The notes under the pieces were generated by a model. That model searched no databases. It was not told where the DNA came from and was given only the letters and a program-made list of their open reading frames with translations. Source: Nautiliaceae bacterium (GTDB taxonomy: Bacteria; Campylobacterota; Campylobacteria; Campylobacterales; Nautiliaceae). From it: a stretch of DNA of 14,827 bases. The position numbers were made by a program, and so were the translations under genes. The DNA lies in the NCBI GenBank assembly GCA_039831155.1, contig JBDONT010000018.1, positions 1-14,827 of the forward strand. The letters run 5' to 3'. Below are positions 1-10,409 of the stretch, one piece after another. Each line of letters starts with the position of its first letter. The first letter of the stretch is position 1.

Positions 1-41
1 ACTGCTCCCTTCGGGAGTGGGAAAGTAGGTCCCCGCTAGGA
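1..41 (+). rRNA. rrf: 5S rRNA, 3' end (partial; gene begins before the window)
   Basis: ACTGCTCCCTTCGGGAGTGGGAAAGTAGGTCCCCGCTAGG fits the 3' third of bacterial 5S rRNA: helix IV hairpin GCUCCC-UUC-GGGAGU, loop E strand GAAAGUA, then GGUC..CGCUAGG (3' strands of helix V and helix I). Exact 3' end is uncertain by 1-2 nt. Confidence 0.88.
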
Positions 42-213
42 TTTAAAGTGAATACTTTGGCTTTTTCCCTTATTCCTCAATAAAGAGTCTGGCACTTCTT
101 CCCTATACTCTTCTAAATGATTCCCTTTTAATTTGTAAGCTTTTAAACTATTCTAAATATAAATTTATTTTCTTTTTTTTCTTATCTTAGTTAGTATAAT
201 TTTTTATAAAATG

Positions 214-222
214 TGTTAAAAT
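214..222 (+). promoter_or_regulatory. Putative sigma70 extended -10 (TGtTAAAAT) for ilvD
   Basis: TGnTAAAAT at 214-222, 23 nt upstream of the ATG. A second TATAAT lies at 195-200 and an SD-like AAGGA at 233-237. Confidence 0.5.
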
Positions 223-245
223 AGTATAAAAAAAGGATATGTTCT

Positions 246-1934
246 ATGAGAAGTGATGAAGTAAAGAAAGGATGGCATAGAGCTCCGCATAGAAGTCTTT
301 TTAGAGCGACAGGTCTAAAAGATGAAGATTTTGATAAGCCGTTTATAGGTGTTGCTAATAGTTTTATTGAAATAATTCCTGGGCACTTTTTTTTAAATAA
401 ATATGCAGAAATTGTAAAAGATGAGATTAGAAAAAACGGATGTGTGCCGTTTGAGTTTAATACAATTGGTGTAGATGATGGAATTGCAATGGGACACGAT
501 GGGATGCTTTATAGTTTACCTAGTCGTGAAATTATTGCAAATAGTATTGAAACTGTAATGAACGCTCATAAACTTGACGCTCTTATTTGTATACCAAATT
601 GTGATAAAATAACTCCCGGTATGGTAATGGGAGCACTTAGAGTGAATGTACCAACTATTTTTGTAACCGGCGGACCTATGAGAGCCGGTCATATGCCGGA
701 TGGAACATCAATTGATTTGGCTACTGTATTTGAAGGTGTTGGTAAGTTTGAAAAAGGTGAAATTGATGAAGAAACTTTATATAATCTTGAGTGTTTAGCA
801 TGTCCTGGCGGAGGAAGTTGTAGTGGTATGTTTACGGCAAACAGTATGAATACATTGATTGAAGCAATGGGAATTGCCTTAAAAGGAAACGGAACAATTT
901 TGGCGTTAACTCCGGAGAGAGAAGAACTATTGAGAAAAGCAGCAAGAAGAATATGCGAAATTGCAAAAGATGAAAAGTTAAGCGAAGAGTATAAAATAAG
1001 AAACATTATTAATGAAAAAGCTATTCATAATGCATTTGTTGTAGATATGGCAATGGGTGGAAGTAGTAATACGGTGCTACATATGATGGCAATTGCAAAA
1101 GAAGCCGGAGTTGATTTTGATTTGCATAAGTTAAACGATATTGCTCGTCATACGTCTCATATTGCAAAAATTTCGCCGTCTCTTCAAACGGTACATATGG
1201 AAGATATCCACAAAGCCGGCGGTATGAGTGCCGTTATGAAAGAGATAAGTAAAAGAAGCGATACAATTTTATATCTTGATAATCCGGTAATTGAAGGTGG
1301 AACGGTTGAAGATAGAATAAAAGATGCCGAAGTTAAAGATTATAATATTATTCATTCTGTTGAGAAACCTTATAGCAAAGTTGGTGGACTTGCTATACTT
1401 TTCGGTAACTTGGCAGAGGAAGGATGTGTAATTAAAACAGCCGGGATTACTGGAAGTAGAAAATTTAAAGGTCGTGCAGTGTGTTTTGATTCTCAAGCTG
1501 AAGCAATTGAAGGTATTACATCCGGAAAAATAAAAGAAGGTGATGTAGTTGTAATTAGATATGAAGGTCCAAAAGGTGGTCCCGGAATGCAAGAGATGCT
1601 TGCACCTACTTCTCTTATAATGGGAATGGGCTTAGGAGATAAAGTAGCACTTATTACAGATGGTAGATTCTCTGGTGCAACTAGAGGTCTTAGTATAGGG
1701 CACGTTAGCCCGGAAGCAGCAGAAGGAGGAATGATAGGGCTTCTTAAAGATGGAGATATAATTGAGATTGATGTTGATAACTTTTCAATTAATGTTTTAT
1801 TAGATGAAAAAGAAATTGAAAAAAGAAAAAAAGAGTTTACTCCTAAGAAAAAAGAAGTTCCGGGTAAATGGTTAAGACAATATAGAATGCTTGTAACAAA
1901 TGCAAGTAACGGGGCGATTTTAAGGGCTGATTAA
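246..1934 (+). CDS. ilvD: Dihydroxy-acid dehydratase
   Basis: 562 aa with IlvD motifs: [83 protein letters not shown]. Confidence 0.98.
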   Translation: MRSDEVKKGWHRAPHRSLFRATGLKDEDFDKPFIGVANSFIEIIPGHFFLNKYAEIVKDEIRKNGCVPFEFNTIGVDDGIAMGHDGMLYSLPSREIIANSIETVMNAHKLDALICIPNCDKITPGMVMGALRVNVPTIFVTGGPMRAGHMPDGTSIDLATVFEGVGKFEKGEIDEETLYNLECLACPGGGSCSGMFTANSMNTLIEAMGIALKGNGTILALTPEREELLRKAARRICEIAKDEKLSEEYKIRNIINEKAIHNAFVVDMAMGGSSNTVLHMMAIAKEAGVDFDLHKLNDIARHTSHIAKISPSLQTVHMEDIHKAGGMSAVMKEISKRSDTILYLDNPVIEGGTVEDRIKDAEVKDYNIIHSVEKPYSKVGGLAILFGNLAEEGCVIKTAGITGSRKFKGRAVCFDSQAEAIEGITSGKIKEGDVVVIRYEGPKGGPGMQEMLAPTSLIMGMGLGDKVALITDGRFSGATRGLSIGHVSPEAAEGGMIGLLKDGDIIEIDVDNFSINVLLDEKEIEKRKKEFTPKKKEVPGKWLRQYRMLVTNASNGAILRAD

Positions 1935-1944
1935 TGCCCTTTTT
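1922..1944 (+). terminator. Putative intrinsic terminator spanning the ilvD stop codon
   Basis: AAGGGC-TGATTAAT-GCCCTT hairpin (1922-1941) running into a T tract (1940-1944); the ilvD TAA (1932-1934) is in the loop. Confidence 0.5.
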
Positions 1945-1959
1945 ATCAAAGGTTATAAA

Positions 1960-3543
1960 ATGAAATTGAAAATTTATATATCTATTATTTTATTATCTTT
2001 ATTTGTTATAGGATTTTCAATATATTTTACTCAAAAAAGTATTTCTCAAGTTACTTTACAACAAGCGAAAGAGTTATATAAAGATAGAGTTAAAGAGTAT
2101 AAAGTTTTTTTAGAAAATAAAAAAATTTTTTTAGATTCTTTTGCAAAATTTATATCGAATTCTTTTATTATTAAAAAAGCTTATACCGAAAATAATAGAA
2201 GTTTGATTATCTCTTATATTAAGCCTCTTTATGATAATTTATATACAAACGGTTTAATAAAAGAGATACATTTTTTTAAAAAACCGGCTATAAGTTTTGT
2301 AAATTTTTCAGATTTAAAAACGTTTGATATTAATGTTTCTAAAAGTAGAGCGGATATTTTATGGATAAATACTTCTTTTACACCTTCTACACATTTTTAT
2401 GTATGTAGAAATTATCCGGGGCTTAGAGCTACTTATCCTATTATAAGTAATGATAAACTATTGGGTAGTGTATCTTTTGGAGTTGATATTAGAGTATTTA
2501 AGGCTCTTTTTCAACATGTAGGTGCGGGAGATGTTAGTATTTATTTAAATAATAATGAGTTAAAATCAATGCTTTTACCTGATAAATATTCAATATATGA
2601 AAAACTTCCTAATTATGAAAATTTTAAAATACTTGGCAAACCGTTTAAAATTAAATTGGAAGAGGGAGTTGAGATACATAATAATTATGTTTTTTCAAAA
2701 ATTAAAATAAAAGATTTTTTTAATAAAACTATGGCTTATTTGGTAATTAGAGATAATATTAAACCTTCTATTTCTATTTTGAAAAAGACTTTAACTGAAA
2801 AAATGATTATAGAAATAATCGGTTTTTTACTTGTATTTTCTATAGGGTTTATTTTATTTAAATGGCTTTTTGATAAAATGAAAGAGTTCAATAATATCTT
2901 AAAGTTGGTAAAATCTCATAAATTTGAGGAAATTCCTCCTAAAACAAAACCAAAAAACGAACTTGATATTTATAAAAACAATTTAATAGATGTTGCGAAA
3001 AGTATTAAAACTTATATTAACTTATTAACTCAAAAAGTGAAAGAATATAGTGATAAAGTTTATAAAGATGGATTAACGGAAATTTTAAATAGGAGATTTT
3101 TAGAAGAAAAAGCTCATGAATTATTTGTAAAATATACTCTGACGGATACGCCTGTTGGTATTATTATGCTTGATATTGATGATTTTAAAAAAATTAACGA
3201 TACCTATGGACACGATATAGGAGATATAGTTTTAATAAAATTAACTCAAACCGTAAAAAAAATTATAAGAAAAGGGGATTTGTTTATTAGATATGGAGGA
3301 GAAGAATTTTTAATTATTCTTCCGAATTCCAATATTGAGAATACTTATAAAATAGCTGAGAAAATTAGAAAGGAAATAGAAAATTTAAGTATAGAAATAA
3401 ATGATAAAAAATTAAAATTTACTATTAGTTTGGGAATTAGTGAAGTTAATATTTTAGATAATTCTTTATTTGATTCTATTAAAAGGGCTGATATTAATCT
3501 TTACAAAGCTAAACAAAAAGGTAAAAATAGAGTTGAAATTTAA
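1960..3543 (+). CDS. Membrane-bound sensor diguanylate cyclase (TM - extracytoplasmic Cache-like domain - TM - linker - GGDEF)
   Basis: N-terminal hydrophobic helix, ~250-aa soluble region, second TM (IIGFLLVFSIGFILF), then DGLTEILNRR, MLDIDDFKKINDTYGHDIGD, I-site RKGD, A-site GGEEF, TISLG, ADINLYKAK..GKNR. SD AAGG at 1949-1952. The Cache assignment is inferred from topology. Confidence 0.92.
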   Translation: MKLKIYISIILLSLFVIGFSIYFTQKSISQVTLQQAKELYKDRVKEYKVFLENKKIFLDSFAKFISNSFIIKKAYTENNRSLIISYIKPLYDNLYTNGLIKEIHFFKKPAISFVNFSDLKTFDINVSKSRADILWINTSFTPSTHFYVCRNYPGLRATYPIISNDKLLGSVSFGVDIRVFKALFQHVGAGDVSIYLNNNELKSMLLPDKYSIYEKLPNYENFKILGKPFKIKLEEGVEIHNNYVFSKIKIKDFFNKTMAYLVIRDNIKPSISILKKTLTEKMIIEIIGFLLVFSIGFILFKWLFDKMKEFNNILKLVKSHKFEEIPPKTKPKNELDIYKNNLIDVAKSIKTYINLLTQKVKEYSDKVYKDGLTEILNRRFLEEKAHELFVKYTLTDTPVGIIMLDIDDFKKINDTYGHDIGDIVLIKLTQTVKKIIRKGDLFIRYGGEEFLIILPNSNIENTYKIAEKIRKEIENLSIEINDKKLKFTISLGISEVNILDNSLFDSIKRADINLYKAKQKGKNRVEI

Positions 3544-4289
3544 AATTTAAATATTTCTTTAAGTATGTTTATTATGTTTGGGTGTTTATAAATTTCAGCG
3601 TGGGAAGTATTGTTTATAATTTTTAGTTTATTTAGATTAGGAATGTTTTTTAAAAGATTTTCAAGATTTTTTTGAGAAATGATTTCATCATTTTCAACAG
3701 CTAGTATATTTACCGGTTGATTTACTTTCTTTATCCATTGAAATTCTTCGAATTTATGTTTTAGTAAGAGTTTAATTGGTAAAAATGGATATCTTGATTC
3801 GGCTATGTTTAATATTGAATCAAAAGGCGTAATTAAAACGAGTTTTTTATCTGTTTTAGAAGCCACATAGGTTGCTATTGCACTTCCTAAACTTCTACCT
3901 ACTATTATATCCGGATTATAATAGTTAGCGATTTCCAAAGCATATTTAAGAATAGTTTTTTCACTAGGAGTACCTTGACTCTTTCCGTATCCGGGATAGT
4001 TAAATGCTATAAAGTTAAACTCTTTTATTTTTGTAGCCGTTTTTTCTAAAAATTCTAATACATTATTTGCATTTCCACTAAAATAGAGTATAAGAGGTAA
4101 ATTTTCTCCGTTTTTGATATAACCACCTTCTAATTTAACATTATCTGATGTAGTGAAGTAAATAGGTTTTAATTTGTGTGGGATAAATTCTTTAGAGTAA
4201 CGGGATTTAAAGATTTTTTTTTCTTGAGTTAAATAAGAATAAATATTAATACCGATGTAAACTGCAAGAAAAAATATTATAAACAACAT
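3540..4289 (-). CDS. Alpha/beta-fold hydrolase (BEM46/ABHD17-like) with N-terminal membrane anchor
   Basis: YFSGNA, NYPGYGKSQG.PSE, nucleophile elbow GRSLGS, LITPFDS, Asp (ENDEII) and His (TSHAE). Overlaps the convergent GGDEF gene stop by 4 nt (TTAA). Confidence 0.88.
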   Translation of the reverse strand: MLFIIFFLAVYIGINIYSYLTQEKKIFKSRYSKEFIPHKLKPIYFTTSDNVKLEGGYIKNGENLPLILYFSGNANNVLEFLEKTATKIKEFNFIAFNYPGYGKSQGTPSEKTILKYALEIANYYNPDIIVGRSLGSAIATYVASKTDKKLVLITPFDSILNIAESRYPFLPIKLLLKHKFEEFQWIKKVNQPVNILAVENDEIISQKNLENLLKNIPNLNKLKIINNTSHAEIYKHPNIINILKEIFKF

Positions 4290-4290
4290 A

Positions 4291-4319
4291 AGAGGAATTA
4301 AAACTCTATTAATCCCTCT
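4291..4319 (-). terminator. Hairpin spanning the thiG stop codon (possible terminator/attenuator)
   Basis: Minus strand AGAGGGAUUAA-UAGAGUU-UUAAUUCCUCU, an 11-bp stem with one G.U pair, followed by UAUGUUGUUU. Confidence 0.4.
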
Positions 4320-5077
4320 AGTGGTGAAGAAGCCGTTGCATAGGGTTTTTTAGGAATTCTTCCAGCCTTATAAGCCATTCTACCGGCAATTACTGCATAT
4401 TTCATAGCTTCAGCCATTGCGATTGGATTTTTTGCCTGAGCAATAGCAGTATTTGTAAGTACTCCATCGGCTCCAAGTTCCATTGCAACAGCAGCATCAC
4501 TTGCCGTACCGATACCGGCATCTACAATTACCGGTACATTTACCGCGTCTTTTACAAATACTACATTATATCTGTTTTGAATACCAAGTCCACTTCCAAT
4601 TGGGGCTGCAAGTGGCATTACAGCAGCAGCTCCTGCGTTTTCAAGTCTTTTTGCCATAATAGGGTCGTCATTTGTATAAGCCATAATAGTAAAATCTTCT
4701 TTTGCTAAAACTTCACAAGCTTTTAGAGTCTCCATTACATCTGGATAAAGAGTTTTTGCAGTATCTCCAATTACTTCAAGTTTTATAATATCAATTCCTG
4801 TTGCTTCTTTTACTAATCTAAATAGAGTAATAGCCTCTTCTGCCGTTGTACATCCGGCAGAATTTGGTAAGATTTTTACATCGGTATCTTTAAAGTAGTC
4901 CATTAAATTCTCTTCATTCGGGTTAAGAATATTCACTCTTCTTACAGCTACGGTAATCATCTCCGCACCACTTGCAAGTGTAGCATCGCGCGTAGTTTGA
5001 AAATCCGGATACTTACCACTTCCGACAATTAATCTACTTGTAAATTCATATTTTCCTATTTTTAAAATATCACTCAT
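4298..5077 (-). CDS. thiG: Thiazole synthase
   Basis: [95 protein letters not shown] upstream. Confidence 0.98.
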   Translation of the reverse strand: MSDILKIGKYEFTSRLIVGSGKYPDFQTTRDATLASGAEMITVAVRRVNILNPNEENLMDYFKDTDVKILPNSAGCTTAEEAITLFRLVKEATGIDIIKLEVIGDTAKTLYPDVMETLKACEVLAKEDFTIMAYTNDDPIMAKRLENAGAAAVMPLAAPIGSGLGIQNRYNVVFVKDAVNVPVIVDAGIGTASDAAVAMELGADGVLTNTAIAQAKNPIAMAEAMKYAVIAGRMAYKAGRIPKKPYATASSPLEGLIEF

Positions 5078-5103
5078 TATATCTCCTTTTTATGTATATC
5101 TCT

Positions 5104-5132
5104 ATTTTATTTACAAAATAAAAAAAAGTCAA
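5104..5132 (-). promoter_or_regulatory. Sigma70 promoter for thiG (TTGACT-N17-TAAAAT)
   Basis: Minus strand TTGACT (5132-5127), a 17-nt spacer, then TAAAAT (5109-5104), 26 nt upstream of the thiG ATG. Confidence 0.65.
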
Positions 5133-5145
5133 TACCTTTTTTATT

Positions 5146-6801
5146 TTACGAGCAAACTACCCTGTTTCTTCCGTGTTTTTTAGCATAATAAACTTTTCTA
5201 TCCGCTTTTAAGATTAATTCTTCTAACGAATCGTTTTCGTTAAATTCGGCTACTCCTACACTTATGGTAATATCTATTTTTTTATTTTCACAAAATTTAT
5301 GTTTTTCTATTTTTTGTTTTATAGTTTCCAATTTTTTACAAGCGGCTTCTAATTTAGTAAACGGCATTACTACAAAAATTTCTTCCCCTCCGTATCTTAC
5401 TACGATATCTGAACCTCTGAAATTGTTTTTTAATAAATCCGCTAACTCTTTTAAAACGCAATCTCCTATTAAGTGACCGTAAGTATCGTTTATTTTTTTA
5501 AAAAAGTCAATGTCTATCATAGCAACGCTTAAAGGGAATTTATATCGTTTTGCTTCTTTAACTTTAGAAGTTAAGTATTCTTTAAGATATTCTCTGTTAT
5601 AAAGTCCTGTAAGAGGGTCTGTTATTGCTTTTTCATAAAGTTTTTTATTGTTAATTTCAAGTTCTCTTAAAATAAGTTCTTTTTCTAATGAAATAGCTAA
5701 AGGTATCGCTATTTTATCTAAAAGCATAGATAAAATCTTTTTATCTTTTTTATTTAATTTTTTTGATATGGATATAAAAATATCTCCTACTTTTTTGTCG
5801 TTTTGGACTAAGTCTTTTTTAAAAGAGTAGTTTATATCCGTGGCTTCTATTTCGGTTATTTTATGGTCCGATGAAAATGCAAAACAGTGTTCATTTCCGG
5901 ATAGTGGAGAAATACCGCATATTTCTATTTTTTCTATAGAAGGTATAACTTTTTTGATGTTGTCAAACAAGTTTCTAAGTATAAGATTAAAAGAACTAAG
6001 AGAAACGGTGTCTTTAAAAAACTGTTTTAACACTTCATCGGTCATATTTAAAATGTATAAATCGTTTTCATATTCGTCAAGTAGATAAAGTCCGCATTCT
6101 AACTCTTTCATTTTTTCTATTAGAGGGTTTATCATTTCGCGAGGAATAATAGAACCGTGTTGAGGTGCTATCATAGTAGGGTGTTTTTTTTGAACTTGTT
6201 TTAATGCGTGATGTAAAACTTCTTTACTTGGCATATAGTGTTTATGAAAAGGTTTTAAAGCTTCAAAATATTCATCCACGCTTTTTGCATATAATGAAAA
6301 CTCTTCCGTTAATCCGCCAAATAGGTCGCTTGAAAATAGAATACCGGTTTTTTTATCGTATGTACAAAATGCTCCCGGGAAATGTGCATAAGGTGTAAAT
6401 ACGAATTCAAGTTCCCTATCTCCGGCTTTTAATTTCCAGTTGTGTTCGTCTACCAGATAAAAAGGTGTTCCCCATTTATAGTGTTTTAATAACATTTCTG
6501 TACGCCAATGGGTTACTATGTATTTTTCCTTATTCGGCATTATTTTTTCCAAAGTGGAATAACATCCTACGATATCCGGGTCTTGATGATGCATAATGAT
6601 ATATTTTATATCCCTTAGACTTACCAGCTTAACTATTTTTTCTAAAACTACCGGGAATGTAATCATACTTCCCGGGTCAATAAGAATGGAGTTTTCTCCG
6701 TTTCTTATTAAATATACGTGACATTGGAAGGGGTCGTTTGGAATTACATATCCGACCCAGAAAATATCAGGTGCGATTTCAACAGGTTTATTTATATCCA
6801 T
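5146..6801 (-). CDS. ODP-type (MBL-fold, oxygen-binding di-iron) sensor fused via a GAF-like linker to a GGDEF diguanylate cyclase
   Basis: N-terminal ~240 aa with LIDPGS, HHQDPD, PYAHFPG, SSDLFGG and IAPQHG (flavodiiron/ODP-like MBL motifs; no flavodoxin domain). C-terminal TDPLTGLYNR, MIDIDFFKKINDTYGHLIGD, I-site RGSD, A-site GGEEI, TISVGVA, KKHGRNRV. No TM segment is evident. Confidence 0.9.
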   Translation of the reverse strand: MDINKPVEIAPDIFWVGYVIPNDPFQCHVYLIRNGENSILIDPGSMITFPVVLEKIVKLVSLRDIKYIIMHHQDPDIVGCYSTLEKIMPNKEKYIVTHWRTEMLLKHYKWGTPFYLVDEHNWKLKAGDRELEFVFTPYAHFPGAFCTYDKKTGILFSSDLFGGLTEEFSLYAKSVDEYFEALKPFHKHYMPSKEVLHHALKQVQKKHPTMIAPQHGSIIPREMINPLIEKMKELECGLYLLDEYENDLYILNMTDEVLKQFFKDTVSLSSFNLILRNLFDNIKKVIPSIEKIEICGISPLSGNEHCFAFSSDHKITEIEATDINYSFKKDLVQNDKKVGDIFISISKKLNKKDKKILSMLLDKIAIPLAISLEKELILRELEINNKKLYEKAITDPLTGLYNREYLKEYLTSKVKEAKRYKFPLSVAMIDIDFFKKINDTYGHLIGDCVLKELADLLKNNFRGSDIVVRYGGEEIFVVMPFTKLEAACKKLETIKQKIEKHKFCENKKIDITISVGVAEFNENDSLEELILKADRKVYYAKKHGRNRVVCS

Positions 6802-6833
6802 TTCTTCCTCTTCTAGTGATTTTAATGAAATGT

Positions 6834-6842
6834 ATTATACCA
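6834..6842 (-). promoter_or_regulatory. Extended -10 (TGgTATAAT) for the ODP-GGDEF gene
   Basis: Plus strand ATTATACCA reads TGGTATAAT on the minus strand; SD GAGGAA at 6810-6805. Confidence 0.55.
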
Positions 6843-6895
6843 AAACCAAAAATTTTACTTAAAAATTACACCTAATTAAAATATTTTAAAAAGTA

Positions 6896-6904
6896 TGTTA
6901 AAAT
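6896..6904 (+). promoter_or_regulatory. Extended -10 (TGtTAAAAT) for serS-pflB
   Basis: TGTTAAAAT 27 nt upstream of the serS ATG; the same 9-mer precedes ilvD; AAGGGA SD-like site just before the ATG. Confidence 0.55.
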
Positions 6905-6931
6905 TACCAAAATATAATAAAAAGGGATTAA

Positions 6932-8182
<1,251 letters not shown>

Positions 8183-8190
8183 GGAATTAA

Positions 8191-10350
8191 GTGGCCCAAG
8201 AAGAAAATGTAATAATTATAGAAGAAGAAAAAGAGCAAAAAAAAAATAAACTGCCTCTTATTATAATCATTCTTCTTCTTTTTATTATTATAGCTTTATT
8301 GCTTTTATTTTTGGTCGTACTTAAAAAGAAAAAAACTCAAAAACCTCAAATGGAAATTCAAAAAATTACTAAAAAACTCTCAAAAACGACCCCGGCTACA
8401 AAAGACGAAATAAAACAACTGATAAAAAAAGCGACTATTTTGTATCAAAAAGGGGAAAAGCAGCGAGCATTGGAAATTTTGAGTAAAGTGTCAAGCTATT
8501 CGGAGGCTCTTTCTTATTATAATTTAGGTGTAATAAAATTAAAAGAAAAAGATTACAAAAAAGCCCTTGAATATTTTCAAAAAGCGATTAAAAATAAAGA
8601 CAACAGAGCACTTAGTGCAATTAACGCCACTTATGCCTCTTTGATGTTAAAAAACAAAAAACTTTTTAATTATTACAGAAATTTGGCTTATACATTTTTG
8701 CCGGAAATTGCCAATTTAAAAAATTATCCTTATTATTACTCTTTAGTGATGTATTATATGGGATATGAAATAGAAACGCTACCGGCACTTATGAAAACGA
8801 AAGATTATAAAAAAGAAGCAAATGAACTTCTTAGTGCCGTTTACGGGTATTATAATGAAAATTTACAAGCTGCCAATTTTCAAAGCGACCCTTTTGTAAA
8901 AGGTATTTTGTACGCAAGGGCTAAGGAGTACTCTTTAGCTAGACTATATTTGTCACAATCTTTAAAAAAAGAGGCTAAATTCGCTTTGGCATTGGTGGAT
9001 TTGAAGCTTTCTATTTTTAAACAGGCTTTTATGTTGCTGCAACAGTTTCAAGATAACAATATTTATTCCATTTATGTCTATTTAAAACCCTCTTTATTTA
9101 ATATTAAAGTAGCTCAAAAAGAGTTTGAGAAAAGTTTTTTGAATTCAAAACAGGATTTTTACGATTTGTTTTTTTATTATGCACCTTATAAAGTCTTTAA
9201 TATGAATCAAACTATCTCTTATTTGAAAAAAGGGATAGCCGGAATTCCTATAGGGGCTATAGAAGAGTCAAAAACTTATCTTACTAAAAGTGCCGTTTAT
9301 TCAGCTTTAAACATTCAAATTGCAAAAGCTTTGCAGCTTGCTTTAAACGGGCACATTTATTTGGCGAATAAAAAATTTAAAAAATTGATAAAAAACAGAG
9401 ACAATTTATATATTTTGCATTATAACTTAGCTTTAACTTACGCTCAACTTAAAAACTACTCTTTAGCTTATAAACATTTCTTAAGAGCTTATCACTTAAA
9501 TCCTAAGGATTTAAAAAGTGGACTTTATGCTTTAATGGCTCTTGATAAAATGAAAAAAACAAATCCTTATCTTGTTAATTCCATAAAAGAGGATTTTAAC
9601 GATTCCACTACTTTAGAAGAAGCAATGCTGGCTATTGTGAATAATAATACCGTAAATCTTGCTTCTTTTTTGGAAAAAGAGTCTAAAAACACTCCTTTAT
9701 GGTTAATAACCAGAATGACTGCCAAACATATGCTTAACCGTTCTTTTTTATCTGAAGCTTTGATTTTAAAAAGTATCTATCCAAAAGATATAATCTCAAA
9801 CCTTCTTTATTTATATGTTTCTTCAGATGATTTAAAACATCTGATTCAAAACTTTCAGTCTCTTTATTTAACGGGCAGTTTAAATATGAACGATTTTTAT
9901 TACGGGGCTTCTATAGTTTATGACTGGTTTTTTAAATTTAGTAAAATTTCCGGTCTTTTGAATAATTTGAGGTTAAAAGTCTTACAAAAGGCTAAAGTTG
10001 AGAGTTTTGATTTGATTCCGGTTTTAAAAAGACTTGCTTTTGTAAATCTTTATACGAAACATTTTGAAGAGGCTTATACGATTTATAACGATTTGATTAA
10101 TAATAAAAACATTACCGACCCTCAAACACTTTATCACGGAGCCGTTTCGGCAATAGGTGCGAATCATCACTCAAATGCCGTAGCTTTAATGGAACTTGCT
10201 AAGCTTAAAAATCCTAGCTATTACGAGGCTAGGTTCGGGCTTGGGCTTTTATGGCAGGAAGCCAATAACTTAAAAGCCGCTTCTATTCAGTACGGAAAAA
10301 TACCAAACGGTTTTAAAAGTAAATTTTTTGATTTTAATATCAAAAACTGA
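8191..10350 (+). CDS. pflB: TPR-repeat membrane-anchored protein, probable flagellar motor disk protein PflB
   Basis: GTG start with AAGGA SD. Short acidic N-terminus, single TM helix, several TPR motifs (YYNLGV..LKEKDYKKALEYFQKA; HYNLALTYAQL.NYSLAYKHF.RAYHLNP; EARFGLGLL.QE). Position directly after serS matches Campylobacter cj0389-cj0390 (serS-pflB) as I recall it. Confidence 0.8.
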   Translation: MAQEENVIIIEEEKEQKKNKLPLIIIILLLFIIIALLLLFLVVLKKKKTQKPQMEIQKITKKLSKTTPATKDEIKQLIKKATILYQKGEKQRALEILSKVSSYSEALSYYNLGVIKLKEKDYKKALEYFQKAIKNKDNRALSAINATYASLMLKNKKLFNYYRNLAYTFLPEIANLKNYPYYYSLVMYYMGYEIETLPALMKTKDYKKEANELLSAVYGYYNENLQAANFQSDPFVKGILYARAKEYSLARLYLSQSLKKEAKFALALVDLKLSIFKQAFMLLQQFQDNNIYSIYVYLKPSLFNIKVAQKEFEKSFLNSKQDFYDLFFYYAPYKVFNMNQTISYLKKGIAGIPIGAIEESKTYLTKSAVYSALNIQIAKALQLALNGHIYLANKKFKKLIKNRDNLYILHYNLALTYAQLKNYSLAYKHFLRAYHLNPKDLKSGLYALMALDKMKKTNPYLVNSIKEDFNDSTTLEEAMLAIVNNNTVNLASFLEKESKNTPLWLITRMTAKHMLNRSFLSEALILKSIYPKDIISNLLYLYVSSDDLKHLIQNFQSLYLTGSLNMNDFYYGASIVYDWFFKFSKISGLLNNLRLKVLQKAKVESFDLIPVLKRLAFVNLYTKHFEEAYTIYNDLINNKNITDPQTLYHGAVSAIGANHHSNAVALMELAKLKNPSYYEARFGLGLLWQEANNLKAASIQYGKIPNGFKSKFFDFNIKN

Positions 10351-10409
10351 TTTAATCTTTATTTAACCCAATATAGGGTATAATCTAAATAAAAAACAGG
10401 AGGAAATTT

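Noticed and set aside
689..1592. Minus-strand ORFs 689-1006 and 1269-1592
   Set aside because: Antisense shadows inside the highly conserved ilvD, with no recognisable motifs.
5078..5145. TPP riboswitch upstream of thiG
   Set aside because: The 68-nt AT-rich gap has no CUGAGA or other aptamer core.
5264..6398. Plus-strand ORFs 5264-5476, 5648-5830, 5840-6088, 6204-6398
   Set aside because: Antisense to the ODP-GGDEF gene; mostly the Phe/Ser/Ile-rich composition expected from reversed Lys/Glu codons.
6802..6931. T-box or other structured leader for serS
   Set aside because: The 130-nt gap is explained by two divergent promoters and has no T-box consensus.
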